64,000 nt of DNA, taken from the human T2T-CHM13v2.0 reference genome, Homo sapiens. Where the stretch lies: the NCBI RefSeq assembly GCF_009914755.1, contig NC_060932.1; one strand, 5' to 3'. The position numbers were made by a program, and so were the translations under genes. Positions 52,713-64,000 of this stretch are shown here, one piece after another. Positions within the stretch are counted from its first letter, which is position 1. Each line of letters starts with the position of its first letter. The notes beneath the pieces are model-generated. The model did not search any database, was not told the origin of the DNA, and saw only the letters and a program-made list of their open reading frames with translations.

Positions 52713-53719
52713 AGATGTGAACACAAATACCTGTAAATCAATGTCTAATGACATGGTAGCTTCCATCTGTCTAGTGGTGGGACCTAAGCAGAGAGCCCCA
52801 GTTTACCCCTGGGAGCCCCCAGCGGTGCTTCACAAGTGCTTCCAACCAGCTTGCTACCGTGCACATTTGCTCTGTTCTTCCGCTTCTGCTCCCTGCCATC
52901 CACACTGCCTTCAGCACAGCAAGTCTCTTCACAGTGACAGCTCATCACAAGAAGCCCACCACCCAGGCCAAGCGTGCCATCTCCCCTCATCCAAACCCTC
53001 CAGGCCTCTGAGTGGAGGGAGGTGCAGACATTCTTTGCAAAGGCCAGAAAGGACTCTCTTGGGCCTCTGGCTGCTCTGTGTCTTCTGGGCCATCAGAGCA
53101 GCTCTAGTCAAAGCCCCTTTGGACACTGGTGTCAGATTTGGGTCTTCTCTCTTCAACACAGGCCACACTCAATGCATAGGGCCATCCCTAAGAGAATAGA
53201 TATGAAATCATTGCTGCTGTCTTTCTAAATCACTGCTGCTTTTTCCTCTTCTTCCTCTCCATGCCCCTATCTAGGTTCTTCCTCCTCCACTGCTCACCAC
53301 CCAAACACTCACAGACCTATGAATAAAGGCAAACAACCCTAATGTGCATTGAGTGTTATGTAGGGGTAACACTGGCAGCAGGCAGCCAAAGTCAAGCCAT
53401 ATATACAGCAGGAGCTGATGTGTGCATGCACACATGCATGTGCATGCATGTTGAGCTGGGGGGATCCTGTATTACCTGTACACCCTGCTGTAGGGGCATA
53501 AAAGAAGGAGAGGTTTTCCAAGAGGAGCAGCCATGGAAAGCTTCCTTGAGGAAGCATTCTCTCCAGGTCCAGGCCAGTGACAGGGAGCTCAGAGATGACG
53601 GTCAACGTCCCATTCCTTCTGAACTCTTGACAGGTAGCTAGAGGACAGAGCTGGCAGGAACACTGATAACTGAGCCAATGAGTGTGTCCTGCCTTTACCC
53701 TTTGCATGGGTTCATTTTT

Positions 53720-54037
53720 CAAGGGTTCACAAGACTAAAGTGCCTAGAGGGGCCATGAAGGAAATGTCCATGAATGAAACAGAAAACAGGACAGGAGTCT
53801 CACCCAAGGGGACAGCAGATGCTCAGATCCTGCCTTCTGTGGCCATGCAGGAATAGGGACCCAGATGAGATTAAATCAGATTTGTCAAAGAGAACAACCA
53901 AGAAATCTGAATTTTTCATGTAAAATACCACAGTTTTTAAATGCTGATAACTAACTCAGATATTTAAAAATCACTAGGCTGTCCAAATGAAAGTCATCTT
54001 TGGGCCACGTTCAGCTCCATCCTGACATTCTGAGACC
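53720..54037 (+). mobile_element. MER102-like hAT relic
   Basis: tgcctagaggggcca...gtggccatgcaggaatagggaccca...agaaatctgaatttttcatgtaaaa. Confidence 0.6.
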
Positions 54038-55456
54038 AAGTTTATTTCTGTACTGGTACCATGTTTGCTGAAACCTTGCTATGAACTTGGCACTGTGTTA
54101 GCTCCAGGCTGTATATGCGTGGTGGGGGAGAGGCATAAAACTAGGCTCCTGCCCTCAAGGAGGTTATAATCTATGAGGAGAGGGACAACATAGACATGCA
54201 TTTGCAGGGAGGAGGGGGTCACATCTCGTTTTGGGAAATCAGGGATCACTGCCTGGAGGAAGCACCTCTTCCAGGAGGAGGAGAAGAATTTCAGGAAGGA
54301 TGAGGTAGCTCAATGGCACCAAATGCTACTCAGATCAAGGAGGATGAAACCAGGGAAAGGTTATGACTTTGATAAATAGGAGGTCCTAGGTCACCCTAGA
54401 GAGGGGATTCTCAGAGGGTAATAGGGCTAAGGTTGTGACAAAGCTAAAACTCCAAATGAGGGCACTATTGGAGAGAATTGACCACTGTAGGAAATAAAAT
54501 GGTAGAAAGCTGGAGGGACTAGCAAGAGAAGAGACAGAGTCTGCAGAGTTGTAGGAAAAGATGACCTAGGAGAGGGGGGAGATGAATGATGCAGGAAAAG
54601 AATAGGAAGAGCAGAATCAAGGGGGAAGGAGACAATGGAGCTAAGATACAGGTAAACTTGGTGCCGGGGTTGGGGGCAGGTGGGGCTCTGGGAAAGAAAG
54701 GAGTCATTCTCCAAGGATGCTACAAATCACAAGACAGTCCCAAATGATCTCATTTCTAAAAACATCACAAAGCTATGCTGGAGAGTTGTTGAAGAGAAAG
54801 TCTTTAAAACTATTTCCATGGACGTTCATTTAAAGAATAAATCTTTTTCATTGCAGGAAACATCTTTAAGAAAAGGAGAACAGTGAAAGGTTTTAAACAG
54901 GGTTGGAGGCAATACAAATAAAGAAGCATAAAATTCAGCTTGGCTAAAGATGAAATCAAGAACAGGATTAGCATTAAGTATATCTTGGGGAATGGAAAAA
55001 ATGTTCTAAGAGTCCATATTAATAGAGTGGGGTTATCTGTGGGGCAGAAAGATAGCCAATGACTCTCAAGCTATGGCAAAGAAAAACAAAAGGATTAGAC
55101 CACTGTAGATTATTTTAGGGAGGGTTGGGAAAGTGTCTGTTACAGGGCTATCCCCTTTACATTAATTTATAACTCCCCCTACCCGGGTGAGAACTCAGCA
55201 TTTGTTCCTCCCCTGAGCTTAACTTTAGTTCTCCATTTACACTGGGTCTGTATCTGCCTTGTGCTGGCTGTTTTTCCTCAATGGGTTCTTAAGAAACACC
55301 TATAACTGCTTTACGCAGCATGTCACTACCCCACTAACAATTTTCAATAGAAAGCTTCAGTACTTTAATCTGTGCCATTTTCCCCACTCATAACCCTCAA
55401 TAGATTTTCTGTAGCTGTTTCTAAGGTGACATCACAAGCAGAAGGTAACCGAGAGA

Positions 55457-55880
55457 CAATAACTAGCATGTATCATGACACATACCTACTATGTGCCAGG
55501 CAGAGTTTTACCTGCATTTTCTTTTTCAATCCTGACAGCAACCCTCTATCCAATCTTTGTCACATACCAGTTGTGTAGCCTCAGGAACAGTTCTTACTCT
55601 TCTTCCAATTTCTTCAATTTAAAATGCAATAAAAATAGTGATAGAGAATATGTCAGAATTGTGAAGACTAAATGAGTTTAACACATTTAAAATACTTAAA
55701 ACAGTGTTCTGTATTCAGTAAGCTCTCAATAAATGTTTATTTCCAATAGGAAGAGGTCATAGTCATCATTATCTGTATTTTACATATGAGGAGGTTGCAT
55801 GTTTAAACTACCTCCCTAAAGTCATCATAGCCAGCTAGTAAGTGGTGGAGCTGGGTGATGCTAGGTCCTTTCTTCTTACA
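55457..55880. mobile_element. MIR(-) interrupted by MIR(+) at ~55550-55740
   Basis: cctactatgtgccaggca...aatcctgacagcaaccct | ...gtgaagactaaatgag...ctcaataaatgtt | ttttacatatgagga...agtaagtggtggagctggg. Confidence 0.65.
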
Positions 55881-56715
55881 CAAGACATCAGTTAGAATGG
55901 TGAGCTAACAGGGCTCCATGCTTCAAGAAAGAAAGGTAAGATGCCATGGTTGTGTGGATCAATCTCATTGCCACTCCTCTTCAGCTGGAAGTGGTAAGTG
56001 ACTGTGTCTTGCTCCATTTATTTGCATGCCCAGCTGGTTTGCATGGTTTTGCTGGGGCTTCAGCTGTCCTGTGAAATTCTGTGAGCTCCCATTTCTTTCT
56101 AACTGGATAGAGTGTGAGCCATTTATGGGCAAAAATCTTCTCGGAACTTTGACCACAAATATCTGCTGAACAGGGAGTTCTTCTGCAGAACCCTGGTGTT
56201 TTATCGTGTGAAAAGAAACATGGGTCATAGGATTTGCAAAATGAATCACAGAGGCAAAGATTCCTCCATATGAAATATCATCATGGGCTTCTGTTGGAAA
56301 AAACATTGAACGTGCTTAATTTACTTTTCGTGATCCTCTTGGGAGTTGGCTCTCAGTGTATGTGCCTCTAAAAAATTTCAAGACTCTTCATACTCATGCT
56401 AAAACTGCTGCTTACTGATGTTTTATTATGCTACAAGGAGAATCACAGCCTAGATTTCAACATTCTGATGTGTAAGGACTTCCTGTATTGCCATACTGTC
56501 TGTCTTTCCAGTGGCTGAAAGAGATTCTGAAGCCTCTGGTTTGTTCTGTCCCTCAGCATCATCTTCACTATATAGTTATTATGATTATGATTATTATCTA
56601 TTGATGACAAAACTCACGTGCATTGATGCTAAGAGGTGGTTCTAAGATTTGTATAGTCAAGGGAAGAACTAAACTGATGTTTTCCTTTTTGCCTTAGCTG
56701 TGGGAATATAAATAT

Positions 56716-57088
56716 GTCATAGTCTTCTATTAAGACTGTGTATGATTGCGAGTAAATAAAAACCCATCTTAAAAGCATTTAAAGAAATGAGAATTTTTCT
56801 CATATAACAATAAAAAAAACAAGAAGGAGGCCATTATTGTCACTACTGATTCAGCAGCTCAGTGATGTCAGGATTGTCCCAGTTTCTCATTTGCAGGATG
56901 GTTGCTGAACATTTGTCCCCTTTTATCAAGATATGTTCCCCCACCCTTAGCAAACATCTGCTTATATTCATTTGCCAGAATGGTAGCATATGGCCACTCT
57001 TATCTAGCTGCAAAGGAGGCTCAGAAAGTAAGCAAGGAAGAAGGGAATTGGGAATGGGTGTTGGGAAGGCCCACCCACAGTGCCTTCA
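56716..57088 (-). mobile_element. Old MLT1 LTR
   Basis: gattcagcagctcagtgatgtca...atggccactcttatctagctgcaaaggaggct. Confidence 0.6.
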
Positions 57089-59029
57089 CATCTGAATCTT
57101 GAAGGTTATGTTTATACAACTCCTAAATAACTGACTCAAAATTTTCAGTCAAGTCAGTGAACAAATATTCAGAGATTTATTTGGTGATGTAGCCATCAAC
57201 TGTAATTGTATATTTTATTGTTCAGTAGGTTGTTAGGCTCTATTTGGACAGTCTAATCCCACTCAAATCTTCTATGCCTTTGGTTCACTGATATGCTTAG
57301 ATAAAATCTGAACCAAACCAATGGTTTTTCAGTGGCATTCTGTGAATCAGTGCTAGATTAGCTTCATAAGAGTTACCTATGTATTCTTGAGTCAGTTTCG
57401 GTAATTTGAGTCTTTCAAAGAATTCGTCCATTTTGTCTAAGTTTTCAAATTTGTTGTCATAAATTTGTCCATAATATTCCCTTATTTAATGTTTGTAGGA
57501 TCTAGTGATATCTCTTCTTTTGTTCCTGATATTGGTCATTTGTGTTCTCTCTCCCCTCTCCCACCTCCGTTAGTCTCACTTAAGGTTTATTGAGCCCTTC
57601 AAAGAGCCAGCTTTTCCATAATTTTTCAAAATTGCTTTTTCATTTTCTAGTTTATTACTTTCTGCTCTTATTTCCCTTCTCCAACTTACTTTAGGTGTAA
57701 TTTACTCCTTTTTCTGGTTTCTTAAGATGAAAGCTTAGATCATTGATTTTAGGCCCTCCTCTTTTTAAAATACAAGCATGTGGGGTTATAAAATTCCCTT
57801 TAACAACTTCTTTAGCTGCATCACACACATTTTAATGTTGTGTTTAATGTGTGTTTTAATGTTGTGTTTTTCATTTAGTTCAAAACACTTTCTAATTTTC
57901 CCATTTCCTTTTTTTGAAAACATTGTGTAGTTAAGTATGTGGTTTGACTTAGCGATTTCCCATATATCTTTCTGTTACTGATTTCTAGCTTAATTTCACT
58001 ACAGTCAAAGAACATACTCTGCAATATTTTGATTCTTTTAAAAATGTTGATTCTGGTTTTACAGCTCAGCATGTGTTCTAGCTTGGTGAATGTTTCACGC
58101 ACCCTTGAAAATAATGTGTATCCTACTGTTGAGTACAGCATTCTATAAGTGTCAACTAGGTCAAGTTGGTTGCTAAAGAAGATCAAATCTTTTATTTCTT
58201 TACTGGTTTTTGGTCTACTTCTATAAATTACTGAGAGAGGAATGTTTATCTCCAAATATAATTAACATTTTTCTATTTTTCTGTTCTTATTTTACATATT
58301 TTGAAGCTTTTAGGTGTATACACACTTAAGATTGTTATTTCTATATGATAAATTGACTCATTATAATTAAATGTCCCTCTTTCTCTAGTAATGTTTCTTG
58401 TTCTGAATTCTACTTTGTTTGATATTAATATATCTACTTCAGGTTTCTTACATTTAGTGTTTGCACGATATATGGTTTTTAATTCTTTTACTTTTTACCA
58501 TTTAAAAAAATTTTTTGTAGACAGCATATATTTGGGTCTTACCTTTTTAATCCAGCCTGATAATATTTTAATTGTGCTTTAATAAGATATCTTATTTTAT
58601 CAATGTAGTTGAATTTAAATATACCATTTTACCAAATGTTTTCTATTTGTTTCATCTATACTTTATTACCCTTTTCCTCTTTTTTTGGTTTTCTGGGATT
58701 ATTTTTTGCATTCTATTCTATCTCTACTATATATTCTATAGATCTCTTTGTTGCATTTAAAAGTTTAAGGTTTACAATATGTATTTTCAACTGATAGCCT
58801 GTCTTCAAATAATATGCCATTTTGTGCAGAATATAAAATCCTCTAACAGTATATTTCCATTTCCTGTATATCTTCCTTTGTATTATTTTGTCACACATTT
58901 TATTGCTACATGTTATAAACTTCAAAATACATTATTTTCACTTTAAACAGTCAACTATGTTTCAAATAAAAATGTAAAAGTCTCTAATATTTACTCATAT
59001 ATTTACCATTTCCAGTATCTTTATTCTTT

Positions 59030-59078
59030 TGTTACGTTAGGGTTCTCCAGAGAGTCAGAACCAATAAGATATACACAG

Positions 59079-59118
<40 letters not shown>

Positions 59119-59592
59119 ATATATATTTACATATATATAGATTTGTAGAAAGAGATTTACTTTAAGACTTTGGCTTACACAGTTATGGAGGCTGAGAAGT
59201 CCTGTGATGTGCCATCTGCAAGCTGGAGGCCCCAGAAAGCTGGTGGTGTAGTTCTAGTTCAAAAAAGTCCAGGGAACCAAGGGAGCCAATGGTGTTAGTC
59301 CCAGTCCAAGTCCAAAGGCCCAAGAACCAGGAACACTGATATCTGGGGGCAAGAGAAGATGGATTGTTTCAGGTCAAGCAGAATGTGCAAATTTGCCTTT
59401 TTTCTGCCTGTTTTATTCAGGCCCTCAGTGGGTTGGATGATGTCCCCACACATTGGTGAGGGCAATTTACTCAGTCTGATTGAAATGCTAATTTCTTCCA
59501 GAATACTGTCAGAGACATACCCAGAAACTGTTTTACTGAATTTCTGAACATCCCTTAGCCCAGTCAACTTAACACATAAAATTAACCATTCA
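59030..59592 (-). mobile_element. MLT2 LTR with internal (CA)n
   Basis: ttagggttctccagagagtcagaaccaata...cccagtcaacttaacacataaaattaaccat. Confidence 0.85.
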
Positions 59593-60169
59593 TTTACATA
59601 CATTCAAATTTCCATCTTGTATCATTTTTTTCTTGCCCAAAGAATTTTCTTTTAACATTTCTTGTAGATCGTATTTGCTGATGACAAATTTCCTTGGCTT
59701 TTGTTTGTGTGCAGAAGTTTTATTTTATCTGTATTTTTGAAAAGATTTTCAAAACATTTTGTGTATTTTATCTATACTTTTACTGGATATAGAATTCTAG
59801 ATTCATAGGTTTTATTTCAGCATTCTTAAAAAATCATGTCATTGTTTTCCAGCCAGTATGGTTTCTACTGTCAAGTCTGCAGTGGTTTTTATCTTTGTTT
59901 CTCTGTACTTGGTGTGCCTTTTTTCTCTGTCTGCTCATAAGATTTAGGTTCATTACTGGTTTTCAGGAATCTGATTATAATGTACCTTGGTGTATTTTGG
60001 GCAGAGGGAAGGGTTGGGGGAGTTTATAGTATTTATTAATTTCAGAAAATTCACAGCCATTATTCAAATATTTTTTCTCCCTCACCCCTTTTTCTAGGAC
60101 TCCAATTATACAAATATTAGAGTGCTTGGTATTGTACCATGGGTCATTGAGGCTCTGTTATTTTTAAAA

Positions 60170-61290
60170 AGGACTTTTCAGAGCAGTTTTAAGCAGTTTT
60201 AAGTTCACAGCAAAACTGAGCAGAAAAGTACTGTTACCATGTACGTCCTGCCTGACACAAGCATAGCCTCCCCAGCTATCAACATAATGCTCCATAATGA
60301 TACAGTTGTTACAACTGGTGAACCTACTTTGAGTCATCTCCCTTTCTCCACTGCCAAATCCATAGTTTACATTAGAGTTCACTCTGGGTATTGTACATTC
60401 TAAGAATTTTGACAAATGTATAATGACATGTATCTACCATTATAGTATCATCCAGAATAGTTTCACTGCCTTAAAAATCCTTGGTGCTCTGCCTATTCAT
60501 CCTCCCTCCCCCTCAACCCCGGCAACCACTGATGTTTTTACTATCTCCATAGTTTTGCCTTTTCTAAGATGCCATATGGTTGGGATCACACAGTATGTAA
60601 CCTTTTCAGATTGGCATCTTTCACTTATTAATATGCATTTAAGATTCCTCCATGTCTTCTCATGGCTTTAGAGCTCATTTCTTTTTAGCACTGAACACTA
60701 TTTCATTCTCTCAATGTACTGCGGTTTGTATATTCATTCACCTATTGAGGGACATCTTGGTTGCTTTGAAGTTTCGGCAATTATGAATAAAGATGTTATA
60801 AACATCTGTTTGCAGGGTTTTGTATGGACATAAGTTTTCAACCCATTTGTGTAAATACCAAAGAGTGTGATTGCTCAATTTTATGGTACAAGCATGTTTA
60901 TTCTATAAGAAATTGCCAAACCATCTTCCAAAATGGCCGTACCAGTTTTCATTCTCACCAGCAATGAATGAGAGTTCCTGTTGCTCCACATCCTCATCAG
61001 CATTTGGTGTTGTCAGTGGTTGGATTTTGGCCATTCTGATAGGTGTGTGTGTAGTGATATCTCATTTTAATTTGCAATAACCTAATGGCATACCATGCTA
61101 AGCATCTTTTCATATGCTTATTTGCCATCTTCTTTGGTAAGGTATCTGTTCAGGTCTTTTGTACATTTTTAAAATCAACTTGTTTTCTTATTAACAATTC
61201 TTCATATATTTTGGATTACAGTGCTTTGTCAGAAGTGTCTTTTGCAAATATTTTCTCCCAGACTGTGGCTTGTCATCTCATTCACTTGAA
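60170..61290 (-). mobile_element. L1MC-type 3' region
   Basis: Paralogous to 1462-3800; TSD-like ctgtt(a/ta)...ttttaaaa. Confidence 0.85.
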
Positions 61291-62183
61291 CTGTTTAATT
61301 TTAAAATTCTTTTTTCTCGGTGCTTCAGTTTAGATATATCTATTGCTGTCTTTAAGTTCATTAATCTTCTGTGGTGGCTAATTATCTATTAATACTTCTA
61401 GTGAGTTTTTTATTTCAGATATTGTTTTTTACATTTTGTAATTCCTGTTTGAGTTCTTATTTACATCTTCTTTTGCTCTCCTTACTATATTTTTTCTTTA
61501 CTTAAATATAATAATATCTGTTTTAATATCTTTTTCCACAAGTTTCTTTATATCTGTCATTTCCAGGATGGTTTCTATCAACTTCTACTTATGTGTCACA
61601 TTTTTCTCTACCTTGCCATGCATAGTGATTTTTGATTGGATGTTGGAAATTGTGAATGTTACCTTGTTGAGTGGCTGGATTTTATTGTATTCCTTTAAGG
61701 AGTGTTGCATTTTATTTTGCAACCAATTATTTGCTTATCTGTTTTATCCCTTTGAAGCCAGTGAGTCTAGAGTATTCTTTACCCCAAGAATGGTGCAGCC
61801 ATTCATCAGATAATCTTCTCTGATCATCACAGAAGGTCATTCACATCTTCTATGATGTGATACCTCTAGGTTCTCCACTGAATGTTGTGGGTGATCAAAA
61901 TGGACTCATCAGTATGACTGATCAGAGCTGAAACTTCTCTCCTCCCTGTGTGAGCTCTGGGAATTGTTCAATTTACAACTCTCCAGTCATTCTGTACCCA
62001 GATTTTTGGAATTTCCCATTTTATGCACATGCAGCACTGTACTCAGCAAAGATTCAAGGGAAAACCTATCCAAATTTTTGTAGTTCTTTTTCCTGTGTTT
62101 CTCCCTCTTTCTGGAGCTCTGTCTCACAGTTTCTGCCACTTCAGTCTCCTCAATATTTCTGTCCATCTCTTCAACTCAACAAG

Positions 62184-62541
62184 TGATATGGTTTGGCCAT
62201 GTCCCCACCCAAATCTCATCTTGAATTCCCATGTGTTGTGGGAGGGACCAGGTGGGAGATAATTGAATCATGGGGGCAGGTCTTTCCCATGCTGTTCTCA
62301 TGATAGTGAGTAAGTCTCCCAAGATCTGATGGTTTTGAAAAACGGGAATCTCCCTGAACAAGCTCTCTCTTAGCCTGCTGCCCATCCATGTAAGACATGA
62401 CTTCCTCCTCCTTGCCTTCTGCCATGATTGTGAGGCTTCCCCACCCACATGGAAATGTAAGTCCAATTAAATCTCTTTCTTTTGAAAATTGCCCAGTTTC
62501 AGCTATGTCTTTTATCAGCTGCTTGAGAACAGACTAATACA
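62184..62541 (+). mobile_element. THE1 (A/B-like) LTR
   Basis: tgatatggtttggccatgtccccacccaaatctc...cagactaataca. Confidence 0.92.
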
Positions 62542-62915
62542 AGTCTGCCATACTCTGTTTGGGTTCCTTCTCCCTGTGTCAGTGCTCCATAAATTTCCTC
62601 TGGGCAGCAAGCTGGAGCATTCACAAGGCTCACCTTGTCTGTTTATCTTCCTTCAAGAATCAGTCATGTGGTGTGTATAGCCCAATGTCTGAAAACAATT
62701 GCTCATATTTTGTATAGTTTTCTAGTGGTTTATGGTAGAAAATTAAGTCTAAACCTCCTTGCTCCATGGGAGAAAGGTGAAGTTTTTCCACGTAATTTTC
62801 GATATGCAATCATGTTTGAGGACCACTGATATTAACAACATTGACACTAGTTTGATCTATATGTTATCAACAGCATGATGTTATTAATGAAATCACCCTC
62901 TCAGGTCCAATTTAA

Positions 62916-63240
<325 letters not shown>

Positions 63241-63284
63241 TAAATAAACATTTCTGTACTAAACAGTACTAATAGTTTATAATA

Positions 63285-63470
63285 TATGGTACAGGCAGTC
63301 TACTAAGGACTTCATTTATAGCATTTCATTTAATCTACACAAATACTATTATTAGATCCATTTTATAAAAGGAAAACCCAAGGTTCAAAGACATTAAATA
63401 GTTTTTCCCTGTGTCATTCTGCTAGTAGATGGCATGCTAACACCAGATCTTGTGCTTTTAACTTCAATAA
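63285..63470 (-). mobile_element. MIR
   Basis: ttcatttaatctacac...ccattttata...aaaacccaaggttcaaag...gctagtagatggc. Confidence 0.65.
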
Positions 63471-64000
63471 CACATTCTAGGGAGCCTATTGAATGGCACA
63501 TAGATTACACAACTGCAGTCCACCAACATTCAAAGCTGGAAAACCACATTTGTATGGAGTTAAGTTAGTAGAGACAGCTCATGTTGAGTAAAAATCCCAA
63601 AAGCCAAAAGATATTAGCCCATGTGCCTCTAAGTACTTGACATTTTGAAATGGCCCTGTTGATAATCAGATTATCTTAATGTGCAAAAAAATTTACCCCA
63701 CTGGAATTTTACATTTTAAAAATCACTCTGTAATCCTACAAAGTTAACATCTTTACCCCATTTCTAAATTTCACCCCATGACAACTTCTACCTGGAAGTT
63801 AAGGTCAGGGTGTTCTAGGCTGGGGGAGGATCAGGAATAGAGAGATCCAGAAATCTGTTGGCTATGTCACTTGGCAATTTTAAAAAAGCAGTAATTTTTC
63901 ATTTTGTTGAAGCATCAAAACACTGAGGTTAAAGCAGTTAGATCAAAATATTCCCTAAATCAAAATAGCTACATCCAGACATTTGTGTTAAGTCAATCCT

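Larger units (their letters stand above)
57380..62790 (-). mobile_element. Ancient L1M 5' half (ORF2 endonuclease, ORF1, 5' region), multiply interrupted
   Basis: ORF 57875-58255 resembles L1 endonuclease (QLDLVDTYRMLYS...YTLFSRVRETFTKLEHML...IKLEI). Confidence 0.75.

Noticed and set aside
53165-53356. 12-bp inverted match acactcaatgca / tgcattgagtgt
   Set aside because: Does not extend outward; compatible with chance.

Overview
Primate (human/ape-like: AluY, L1PA2, THE1, MER4) repeat-rich non-coding DNA. I find no supportable protein-coding exon, structural RNA gene or CRISPR array. The long ORFs are L1 ORF1/ORF2 relics, Alu read-throughs or microsatellite artefacts. Much of the window is L1/Alu/LTR/MIR/L2/hAT relics, many nested and with readable target-site duplications (TSDs). 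The repeat map does not explain four local templated duplications with different degrees of divergence. These are two long fold-back inverted repeats (12262-12781, ~89% arm identity; 35354-35824, ~84%), a 133-bp inverted copy joined by 6-bp microhomology (45550-45682 vs 46968-47100, ~95%) and a 31-bp exact copy pasted into an L2 (16700-16730 = 18390-18420). Also notable are a young L1PA2-type insertion with an apparent 3' transduction (22313-22785), and a CTCF site with upstream module beside a palindrome cluster (34736-34851) about 0.5 kb from the second hairpin. Repeat subfamily names come from recalled consensus sequences, and identities were counted by hand. Both need RepeatMasker/alignment confirmation.
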